From: the human T2T-CHM13v2.0 reference genome, Homo sapiens
Direction: 5' to 3' (one strand)
DNA length: 64,000 nucleotides
Assembly: GCF_009914755.1 (NCBI RefSeq)
Contig: NC_060936.1
Both the position numbers and the translations under genes were made by a program. This document shows, piece by piece, positions 33,491 through 45,163 of the stretch (positions within the stretch are counted from its first letter, which is position 1; each line of letters starts with the position of its first letter). Below the pieces are notes generated by a model, which had not been told where the DNA came from, made no database searches, and was given only the letters and a program-made list of their open reading frames with translations.

Positions 33491-34274
33491 ATTTAAAATA
33501 AAAATTTCAAAATCTTTATACTAAATTTGAGCAGATAAGTATCAAAGTGAGTGAACAGATTCAGTAGTCTATTTAATGGGCAGTAAGCAGTAAAGCAGAT
33601 TATTAGCATCTTTTGTGCAACCCACTATTCTTTATGATTTTATTTTTAGAGTATTGCAAATTCTCAAGCAAAATTTAGAAGTGTAAAATAAAATCATACA
33701 GTTTTCAACTGAGAATGGGATTCTTAAAGAATCTAATAGCAGAGTTGCATTTCTAAAGAGGTTAGAAATTATCAGCATAAAGTGATTATTTAATTCAGCC
33801 ATTTAATGAAAATAAACTCAAATTAAAATTATTTTCAGTAGAAAAATGAATGAAATTTTTATTCAGAAAAATGTTGTACTCTCAGGCAACAGCATGAATA
33901 TAATTGGAATGCCTTTGTCAAAGATAGAAATGCCATGTCCACTTAAAAGGTTTTGCTTGATGTTTTCTAAGCTTTTGCTTTAGTTTTATTTTGAAGTATA
34001 CTTCATCAGATATTCATTACTTTGAATTAATACAGCATTTGTTTTGTCTATGTGTTGTATATGCTTTTTGACCCAACAATCGTGGTACTTAGTTAAGTCT
34101 GTTCTTGGAAAGCAGTACAGACCCTAGTTTATTTAATCAAAGAAACCCTACCATGACCTGTTTTTCAAACAGAGCATCTAGAGTTATATTCCTAATGTTT
34201 CCATTTCATTGTTCACCTTGATTTTCACATCCTTTGCATTTTTAATAGAGCTCTTGCCCTCATCTTCTTCCCTT

Positions 34275-34463
34275 GTTGCTGGGCAAGGTTTGTGACACTG
34301 ATGTCTGATTGGTTTTAGACTATTTCGGCTTTGAGCCAATCAGACAGTGAATTTCAGTTCTCTCACAGGACTGAAACATTGAAGCAGCTGTTGATATATT
34401 TTTCCTGTGGGGAGATTATATAAACTAAGAGTATGGCTGCAGCAAGCTCCCTCTTGGGTATGT
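34275..34463 (+). promoter_or_regulatory. Promoter/first-exon cassette B
   Basis: GTTGCTGGGCAAG (34275), CTGATTGG (34305), AGCCAATCAG (34334), TTCAGTT (34353), ATGGCTGC (34433), donor TGG|gtatgt (34457|34458). Confidence 0.75.
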
Positions 34464-35375
34464 TTGAAAAATTACAAGGTTCATCTGTAAGGAAGGGGGG
34501 AAATGAGGTTTATTTTTAAAACTTGGTTATTAAGAACACCTAATAAGTAGTGAATTTGAGAAAAAAATTCTGATAACAAATTTTCCATTTTTATTTTATA
34601 ATCCTATATTTAAAGAACTATAGAATGGTGTAATATAATAAAAATGTCTTTAATTTTCATGAATATTTACTTTGTAATCCACACATTTGTTTTATAATAA
34701 AGCTTTGAAAGGATATCTCATATAACCTTTTGTAACTTGCTGCGAAAGGCAGTTAAGGAGAAAAGGATGTAGTAATTGTACTTATACCACTTAATATAGG
34801 TTGTCCAGAATCAGACATTTAGATTTCATTAGATGAATTAAACTAAGTCAGTTCAGTGCAGTAGACAGCACAACACTTCATAATACTATCCCTAGTAATC
34901 CTTTGGGTCCAGAATACTATTAATTTTTGGAATCGGAAATCTGTAACAATAGTGGTAGATGGGTATGAAGATTTTTTTTTTACTTGTCTGGATTTAAGGT
35001 TTTGCTAGATTTATATATTTTATATATATGGTCTATGGAATTTTTAAAAAGAAATTTACATTTGAATTTTGCATTGTATAGAAAAATATGTTCTTACGTA
35101 TATTGTCCATGTTTGACTTATTCCTCAGGTAGGAAATTAATTTATATTAATGTATATTTCTTGAAATGTTCATGGATATTTATTAAAGCAAATAGCATAA
35201 AAGATGTAAATCTCATCCATTTATGTGTGTGGTATATTTAATGCGTGTTACGTGGATTTAGGGTTTTATGTAAACTGTGTTCTAGATTACTTATTTCAAA
35301 CAAAGAACCACACTTAAGTATTGCAGATACAGTTTTTGTTTAACTATGTTTTTCTGACCTTATTGTCTGTCTCCT

Positions 35376-35510
35376 GTTGCTGGGCAGGAATCAGAATGCT
35401 GGCTGCTGATTGGCTGAGTTTGTGAGCAGCTCTTGAACAGCCATTTAAATTCTTGAGCTTTTTGAGCAGGCAGATTGTAGGCTAAGACATAACAGCTTCC
35501 CTTTGTTGTT
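35376..35510 (+). promoter_or_regulatory. Degenerate promoter cassette C
   Basis: GTTGCTGGGCAG (35376) and CTGATTGG (35406) with the same 30-bp offset as cassette B; only a remnant GCTTCCCT downstream; no ATG or donor. Confidence 0.5.
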
Positions 35511-36061
35511 TCATTGCTATGATCTCTTGCTAGAAAGAAGTGGGTGGAGGGGGATGAAGCAGAGAAGAGAGTAATGTTTTCATTTAAAGAAGAAGCTCGT
35601 TGGGCTTTCCTTAAAAATATTTTAAAAATAATTTACCAAAAATTTGAAAAAAAAATTTCCAAGCCAGAGAGACTTATTTGCAGGTAACATACCCTTCTCT
35701 GGTTATTTAAATATAAATTCCTATAGAAAAAGGTTTTATTAGTGATATTATTTTCCCAGAGTTCTTGAATATACAGAGACTTAAAAAACATTATTTTGAC
35801 TCTCATCCTCATGAAAAAAATACTTTCAGGAGAAACTAGTTCATCATGTTTTGCAGTTACTTTTAGACATGGCAGACATCTTCTGCCGTAAAATACCAAT
35901 GCTTTTTTCTGTGAAAATGAATTACAGTCATGTGAAAGCTTTCTGATTTGAGTTGCCACCTAAAATACTAACATTTATTTTATAGAATAGTTTTATGAAT
36001 GGCATGTTAGTTCTAGGCGACAGTACTAAAATGATCCTTGGAAGTGTTTTGCACTGGTATT

Positions 36062-36303
36062 ACAGCCATGGAAACTTGTTTGCAGGTAACACACCCTTCT
36101 CTAATGTGTATCTTTCTCAAATATGCTTCGCTAATGCAAAATACATTTCTAAAAGCAGACTGCTGATTGGTTTGTACAGATATGGCTGAACTAGTTTGAA
36201 CTAATTGTTCGTGTTACTTCCTTATTGCTTTGTCTGTTTTTTATTATATTTAGAACCCATAAGATCTGGTAAATGGCTGTAGTGTGCTCCCTTGTGGGTA
36301 TGG
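36062..36303 (+). promoter_or_regulatory. Promoter/first-exon cassette D
   Basis: CCATGGAAAC X-box half site (~36066), CTGATTGG (36163), AAATGGCTG (ATG 36273), donor TGG|gtatgg (36297|36298). Confidence 0.62.
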
Positions 36304-36803
36304 ATGGTAGTTATTCTATAATTCTTTTTAGAGTGCTTTATTATTACTGAAGTTAATGACAATTTTATTGATAAAATCAACTTTTCTTAAATTATATATT
36401 TTTATTAAATATTATTTGGTGGTGGCAATTTAATATTAACTGTGAGGTTTACATGTTGGATTTTCTAATTTATATAAAAAATACCAAAGAGGAATTTGTC
36501 TTAGACTCTTTAGTTTATTCCTAAAAACATTATCCTGAATATTTAGTTTATTCCTAAAAACGTTATCCTGAATATATAGATGGTGATGGTTATACCATTT
36601 ATTGAGTTCTTACTACATTCCAAGTGCTTAATGTATAGAATCTCATTTAGTTCTCATGGCAACCTTTGTGACAGGTGTTGGTATTAGTCCCTTTTTAAGG
36701 TAACCAAAACTAAGAAATTGATGTTAGGTAATTTGCCCAGTCTCACACAGTAGGTTTCCTGGGAGAGTTGGAATTCAAATCTGTGAATCTGTCTACAGTC
36801 TAC

Positions 36804-36937
36804 AGAGTTCATGTTCTTAATTGGGTTATTAAAAGTGATGAATTTTTTTAAAGGAATGCTTACTTTTAATGTAAGAGTTCATGTTCTTAATTGGGTTATT
36901 AAAAGTTATGAATTTTTTAAAAGGAATACTTTTAATG
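36804..36937. repeat. ~70-bp tandem duplication; a separate ~33-bp tandem duplication lies at ~36510-36575
   Basis: agagttcatgttcttaattgggttattaaaagt(g/t)atgaatttttt...aaggaat occurs twice. Confidence 0.9.
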
Positions 36938-37464
36938 CAATTGGTAATAACTACCAGCTGTCCATCTAATATCTGAGAAATGCGGATATTATGAGGCTAA
37001 AGTTCAAAAGAATGGCCTTTCAGTATTTTGAAATACTTAAAGGGTAACTATACTACTTATATTATAAACTTAATTATTTTGTAGTTTTGGAATTAGTAAG
37101 GAAAAGTGACAGCAAAATACAATGCATTGTATCTGTATCTTTTGCAGAAAATTTTGCAGTTAGCAAAACTTTGTAATGATGGGAAGGGAAAAACCTTGAA
37201 GGTGTGAAATTTTAGTCTGTAATTAAAAACCCTTAACATAATGTTTTGTATTATATTATACAAATTTTGTATAATTTTGTATTAAGGTTTTGTATTATTA
37301 TATATACATTTTGTATTAAGGTTTCTGTTTAAATGAAGAGTAATTTTTCTAAATAGTTGATTTAGTTATATAATTTAAATAAAATGGCTAGAATAAGAAA
37401 TATGTTCTAAGTAATTGGCTTAAAGTGAGAGAATGAATACAGAATGTATCACAGTCTAGAAATT

Positions 37465-38370
<906 letters not shown>

Positions 38371-38864
38371 CTCAGGCCAAAGCAAATGTATTCTACCATA
38401 TCATTCCTACTGGTGATGGTAATGGTAAGTGACTATCCAATGTGAAAACAGTATTCCTGCCTCCTGTACATCTTAGTCCTTAAAGCAATTTTGTTTTATT
38501 CTACTATTGATTGATGACATTGTTTTTCTTCAGAACCACATCCTTGTGCTCTTTTGTTTGCCTTTATTGCACTGGCCAGATGTTAACAAGGAAATGGTTA
38601 CAGGAAACATCCTTGTTTTCTTCTGATCCTATTTCAATATCAGACATGATATCTCTAGTTTTCTTGGTAGATAACCTTTATCAGATTTGAGTAAGTTTCC
38701 TTGTATTCTTAGTTTCTGGCAAGTTGTAATTATGCATCAGTCTTGAATTTTGTCAAATGAATATTCTGTATTTGTTGAGGTAATCCTTTGTTGATTTTGT
38801 CCCTCTGTTCTGTTTATGTGGTGAATTAAATAGCTTGATTTGTTTTGTGGTTTTCTTTTTTGCT

Positions 38865-39252
38865 TAACAGAAGTTTATCGTCTCAGAGTTCTGGAGGCAA
38901 CACATTTGAAATCACGGTGTTGTCATTGCCATTCTCCCTCTGAGGGTGCTGAGGGAAGGATCTGTTCCAGGCCTCTCTCCTAGCTTCTGGTAGTTGCTTG
39001 GCTTGTGGTACCATAACTTCAATTGTCACATGGCATTCTCCCAGTGTGCATGTCTGTCTGTGTCCAGATTTTCCCCTTTTTATAAGGACACCAATTGTAT
39101 TGGATTAGGGCTCACTTTAGTACCCTTATATTACCTTGATTACCACTGTAAAGGCCCTATCCGAATAAGGTCACATTCTGAGGTACTGGGGCTTAAGACT
39201 AATATCTTTCTGGGGATGTGGGGTGTGGGATGCTGCACAATTCAGTCAGTAA
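38865..39252 (-). mobile_element. MLT1 (MaLR) LTR
   Basis: aacagaagtttat..gttctggaggc...ataaggtcacattctgaggtactgggg. Confidence 0.8.
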
Positions 39253-39439
39253 CATCCTGGTACCAGACATTCAGTTTAGGCAAAACTCGTAATTGTACAC
39301 TCTGCTGGGCATGAAATAAAGTCAGAATGCATCATGGCTTGTTCATGGTCAACACTGCTTGATTTTTGAATGTGAAATCAGCCTTGTATTTTTCTAAGCG
39401 AGCTTCACTTGGTCAGAATTCATTACCTTTTTAAGAAAC

Positions 39440-39815
39440 CTACTTCTAAATAAGTCATAGATGAAAGAAGAAATCATGATGGAAATTAGAAAATATTTTA
39501 ACAGAATAATGTAAATGACACATTAAAATGTGAGATGCAACTAAAGCAGCTCTTAGAGGGAAATTTATAGCTTTATATGCACACATTACAAAAGAAGAAA
39601 GATTGAAAATAACACTTAAGCTTGAATCTCAAGGAAAAGGATGACATGTTAAGCTCTTTCCAAGAAAAAGTAAGTGAAAAGAGATAATAAATATTAGAGT
39701 AAATAATTAAAACAAGAAAGCAGATATAAAACCAAGAAATATCAGCCAAGTAAAGGTTCATACTTTAATAAGTGAATAGAATTGATAAAACTGTAGCACA
39801 ACTTACCAAAAAAAG
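39440..39815 (+). mobile_element. L1 ORF2 fragment
   Basis: gaaattagaaaatattt...gatgcaactaaagcagctcttagagggaaatttatagc. Confidence 0.75.
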
Positions 39816-39818
39816 AGA

Positions 39819-39820
<2 letters not shown>

Positions 39821-39858
<38 letters not shown>
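39821..39858. repeat. (AC)19 microsatellite
   Basis: Direct reading. Confidence 0.95.
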
Positions 39859-39860
<2 letters not shown>

Positions 39861-39894
39861 CCTTTGTATTTATTTTGAAATTTTTTTGTAGTGG

Positions 39895-40905
39895 CATTAC
39901 TGAGATAAAACCACATATCTACTATTCACCCACTTAAAGTACAATTCAGTTATTTTTAGTATATTCACAGAGCTGTATAATCATCACCATAATCAATGTT
40001 AGAACATTTTCATAACCCTGTAAAGAGATCCTGTACCCTTTAGCAGCTACTCCTCATTTTCTCCAGAATCTTCCAACCCTAGGTAGTCACTGATTTACTT
40101 TCTGTCTCTAGATTTGCCTACTCTGGACATTTCATATAAATTGAATCATTCAGTATGTGGCCTTTTGTGACTGGCTTCTCTCACTCAGCATATTTTTAAG
40201 GTTTATGCATGTAGTAGCATGTTCAGTACTTCATTCCCCTTTGTGGTTGAATGATATTCTGTTGTAGGGGTATGGCACATTTTATTTATCCATTCATCAG
40301 TTATGGAACATTTAGGTTGTTTCCAGTTTTGGGCCATTATGAGTAGTGCCTCTATAGAGCATTTGTGTACAAGTTTTTGTGTGGACATATGTTTTCATTT
40401 CTCTTGGGAAATGAATGGAATGGAATCACTGGGTCATATGACAACTCTGTACTTCACATATTGTGGAACTGCCTGTTTTCCAAAGCAGCTGCACCTATTT
40501 GCAATCCCACTATCATTGTATGAAAGTTCCAGTTTTTTCACATCCTTGCCAACACTCATTATTCTCGTTGATTGTAGCCGTCCTGTCGTGTGTGCAGTGT
40601 TATTTCATTGTGGTTTTGACTTGCGTTTCCCTGATGTCTCATGATGTTTATTGCTTATGGACTTTTGGCTTAGGGGTCTCTTTCTGGAAATGTCTGTTCA
40701 AGTCCTTTGACCATTTTTAAATTGGGTGATTTATTATTGAATTATAGCAGTTCTTAGATATTCTAGATATAAAAGTCTGTATTCTATATAAATATATATT
40801 CTGTATTCTAGATATGAAATTCTAGATTCGAGATAAAAGTCTTATCAGGCATATGATTTGCAAATATTTTCTCCCATTGTTGTGAATTTTCTTTCTTGAT
40901 GGTAA
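39895..40905 (-). mobile_element. L1M(B-like) 3' end, sister of the copy at 27430-29230
   Basis: Same L1 3'UTR, without the MER44 and L1PA inserts. Confidence 0.85.
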
Positions 40906-41418
40906 TCTTTTGTTAATATGTTTATAGTTCTGCCAATCTAAGTATGCTTGGTTGCAAATGTAATCTTTCCTTACATGTTTCTTAATTCTTCCTCCTTTTT
41001 CCTTTATCTCTATACCTGTTATTTCCCTACTGTTGTTCTTACACTTTTATTTTTCTTTCTCATTTTCTTCAGGTACTTTTTTTTTTTTTTTTTTTTTTTT
41101 TACTTTATCTACCTTTTTTTTGCTTAAACATCTCCATACTCTGTGAATTCCATATTGGAAAAAAAAACTTGTCCCTTTTCCCCCTAATACTTTCTAGTTG
41201 ATTTTCTAGTAGACTATGGCCATTTTTGATTTTGTATTACACAGATGCAGTAAATATGATAATTAGTATACAACAAGCAGTAGGTTTTCTATGTCTTAAA
41301 CATTACATGAAGTGTGCTGCTTGCATCTCTTCTAAGATCAATTTGTATTAAGTCTACAATTAGGTGGCTTCTGTTTCAGTTATTAAACTCTCTTTCTCTT
41401 TTTTCTTAAAGATTCAGA

Positions 41419-42976
41419 ATGGACAGTTTAGAAGAACCTCAGAAAAAAGTCTTTAAGGCTCGAAAAACGATGAGAGTGAGTGATCGTCAGCAACTTGAAG
41501 CAGTGTACAAGGTCAAAGAAGAACTGTTGAAAACTGATGTCAAGCTGTTAAATGGCAACCATGAAAATGGAGATTTGGACCCAACCTCACCTTTGGAAAA
41601 CATGGATTACATTAAAGACAAGGAAGAGGTGAATGGCATTGAAGAGATTTGTTTTGATCCTGAAGGAAGTAAAGCAGAATGGAAGGAAACACCCTGTATC
41701 CTAAGTGTTAATGTAAAAAACAAGCAGGATGATGATTTAAATTGTGAACCTTTGTCTCCCCATAATATAACTCCAGAACCAGTCTCTAAACTGCCTGCTG
41801 AACCAGTTTCTGGTGATCCAGCCCCTGGTGATCTGGATGCCGGAGATCCAGCCTCCGGAGTACTGGCCTCTGGTGATTCCACCTCTGGTGATCCCACCTC
41901 TAGCGAGCCCTCCTCTAGTGATGCTGCCTCTGGTGATGCAACCTCTGGTGATGCCCCTTCTGGTGATGTGTCCCCTGGTGATGCCACCTCTGGTGATGCC
42001 ACTGCTGATGATCTCTCCTCTGGTGATCCCACCTCTAGTGATCCCATCCCAGGTGAACCGGTCCCTGTTGAACCCATTTCTGGTGATTGTGCCGCTGATG
42101 ATATAGCCTCTAGTGAAATAACTTCTGTTGATCTGGCTTCTGGAGCACCAGCTTCCACTGATCCAGCCTCTGATGATCTGGCCTCTGGTGATCTATCCTC
42201 TAGTGAACTGGCCTCTGATGATCTGGCCACTGGTGAACTGGCCTCTGATGAGCTGACTTCTGAATCAACCTTTGATCGTACCTTTGAACCAAAGTCTGTA
42301 CCAGTTTGTGAACCAGTTCCTGAAATTGACAATATAGAACCAAGTAGCAATAAAGATGATGATTTTCTTGAAAAAAATGGAGCTGATGAAAAATTAGAGC
42401 AAATTCAGAGTAAAGACTCATTGGATGAGAAAAATAAAGCTGATAATAATATTGATGCTATTGAAGAAACTCTAGAAACAGATGATACAACTATTTGTTC
42501 AGATCGACCTCCTGAAAATGAAAAGAAGGTAGAGGAAGATATTATCACAGAGCTTGCTCTTGGAGAAGATGCTATATCTAGCAGTATGGAAATTGACCAA
42601 GGTGAAAAGAATGAAGATGAAACTTCTGCAGATCTTGTAGAAACGATTAATGAAAATGTTATTGAAGATAACAAAAGTGAGAATATCTTAGAAAATACAG
42701 ACTCTATGGAGACAGATGAAATCATTCCTATTTTGGAAAAGCTTGCACCTTCTGAGGATGAACTTACTTGCTTTTCTAAAACATCTCTCCTTCCAATCGA
42801 TGAGACAAATCCAGATTTGGAAGAGAAAATGGAAAGTTCTTTTGGTTCACCATCTAAACAAGAAAGTAGTGAGAGTTTGCCAAAAGAAGCCTTTCTGGTC
42901 CTCTCTGATGAAGAGGATATTTCGGGTGAAAAAGATGAGTCTGAAGTTATATCGCAAAATGAAACGTGCTCTCCAG
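41419..42976 (+). CDS. ATF7IP: ATF7IP first large coding exon (exon 2; exon spans 41412-42976 with 7 nt of 5'UTR), aa 1-519 plus 1 nt
   Basis: ORF MDSLEEPQKKVFKARKTMRVSDRQQLEAVY... recognised as ATF7IP/MCAF1. Polypyrimidine tract plus aag|ATTCAGA-ATG acceptor (AG 41410-41411); donor CAG|gttagc; 1558 coding nt, phase 1. Confidence 0.97.
41806..42270 (+). repeat. ATF7IP: Coding 15-bp tandem repeat (~31 pentapeptide units, consensus ASGDx; DNA GCCTCTGGTGATnnn)
   Basis: VSGDP APGDL DAGDP ASGVL ASGDS TSGDP ... ASDEL TSEST read in uninterrupted 5-aa register. Confidence 0.9.
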
Positions 42977-44047
42977 GTTAGCATATAACTTAAATGTTAA
43001 AGATTTTTTATTGACTTTGATGAACTGTTTAATAAAACATTATCATAATGTTTTAAATTTATTTTAGCTGCAGAGAAAGTTGAGAATAGTGATGACTCTA
43101 TAGAAAGATGTCTTAACTTCATAGAATTCAGAATTAGTGTGTGTACTCTGTGAGTAGCATTGTACTAAATACTAAGAAGGGAGATAAAATAAGTAGAAAA
43201 TATGCCCTTATAGTCTGGAAATAGAGATGAAGTAGAGCACCATAACACTGAGATAACAGTTTAAGTTAGTACATAATTGACTAGAGTTGTAGCAGTTCTT
43301 TCTTGCTATCACTTAGCGAACAAATAACTTAGAACTAAAAGCCTAATAGTTTAATCTATTTGCTTCAAGTGTAACAAATTATATTTTCAATTAATATTCC
43401 CAATGAAATCCTGTTCTTTAATATTCTTTGTCCAGGAATGACAGCACCATTGTTGTAAGCCAGAAACCTTAAAGCTTGATTATCCATTTGATAAAGACTT
43501 TACCCATTTGCTCCCTCAGCCCTTTTGATTCTACCCAGCCTATTCTCTTCCTCATTTTCTGAATGAGCTCCCTGTAACCCAATTCTCTTATTTGATATTG
43601 TCCGTCTATGTCTTAGATCTCTGTTACTTTTAGGTTGATTTCAAACTCCTTATGTAAAAGGTACATTAACTTTATGATTTGTTCAGTACCTATCTCTCCC
43701 ATCTCTTTTATTTTATTTATTATTCCTAGAGAAAAAGAATGAGAAAAATTCTACCTTCTTTTATGGTCAAACTGAAAAACATTATTCCTCTATGAAACTT
43801 TCTCAGCCTGTGGAAGACTGAGAAAAGCATGAATACCTTTCTTTTCCCATTATATCACATTCTTTTAGATTTAGACATCTCTGAGAGAAGTGACCTTGCT
43901 AGCATAAAACACCATCTAATTTCTTCAAAGAAAAAAAAATGGAGGCAGGTCTAAGAGACAGAGACAACTTTTTTCCCCAATATATCATACCAGCTTTTGG
44001 AGGTAGAGATTTTTTTCTTATTAAAAAATGGCTTTTTTTTTTTTTTT

Positions 44048-44351
44048 GGCCAGGTAAGGTGGCTCACACCTATAATCCTAGGACTTTGGGAGGCTGAGGC
44101 AGGCAGATTGCTTGAGCTCAGGAGTTCGAGACCAGCCTGGGCAACATGGTGAGACCCCGTCTCTACAAAAGTACAAAAATTAGCCAGGCGTGGTGGCACT
44201 TGTCTGTAGTCCAGGGTACTTGAGGGCCTGAGGTAGGGGGATCACTTGAACCTGGGTGGTCGAGGCTGCAGTGAGCCGAGATCGCGCCACTACTCCAGCC
44301 TGGGTGACAAAGTAAGACCCTGCCTCAAAAAAAAAAAAAAAAAAAAAAAAA
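44048..44351 (+). mobile_element. Alu (J/early S-like)
   Basis: Sense Alu with long poly-A; TSD atggcttttt. Confidence 0.9.
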
Positions 44352-44611
44352 GATGGCTTTTTATTTTCAAAGAGCATTCAACTAAACCTATATAAAGAGA
44401 CAGGCCAGGCCCTTCTTGGTTCTAGAGATTTGAAGATAGTATTTGCCCTCAGGATACACACAAGAATTAAATCATAGGCCATTAAATACAAGACTGTGAG
44501 TACAGTGATAATGTTAAATTGGCATTCTGGGAGTGCAGATTAAGGTAACTTTATTAGAGCACCAGATGTATTAGGGATGTCTTGCCCCTTTTAATATCTG
44601 TATAACAGAGG

Positions 44612-45163
<552 letters not shown>

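Noticed and set aside
41806-42270. Acidic Ser-Gly motifs resembling glycosaminoglycan attachment sites
   Set aside because: No signal peptide; the protein is nuclear.
41607-42350. 247-aa antisense ORF, plus other-frame ORFs 41813-42106, 42405-42725 and 42716-42988
   Set aside because: Shadows of the 15-bp repeat and biased codon use of ATF7IP exon 2; no independent promoter or splice evidence.
42977-42981. ORF track ending the protein at 520 aa
   Set aside because: The stop lies just inside the intron; the frame continues through exons 3-5 by canonical splicing.
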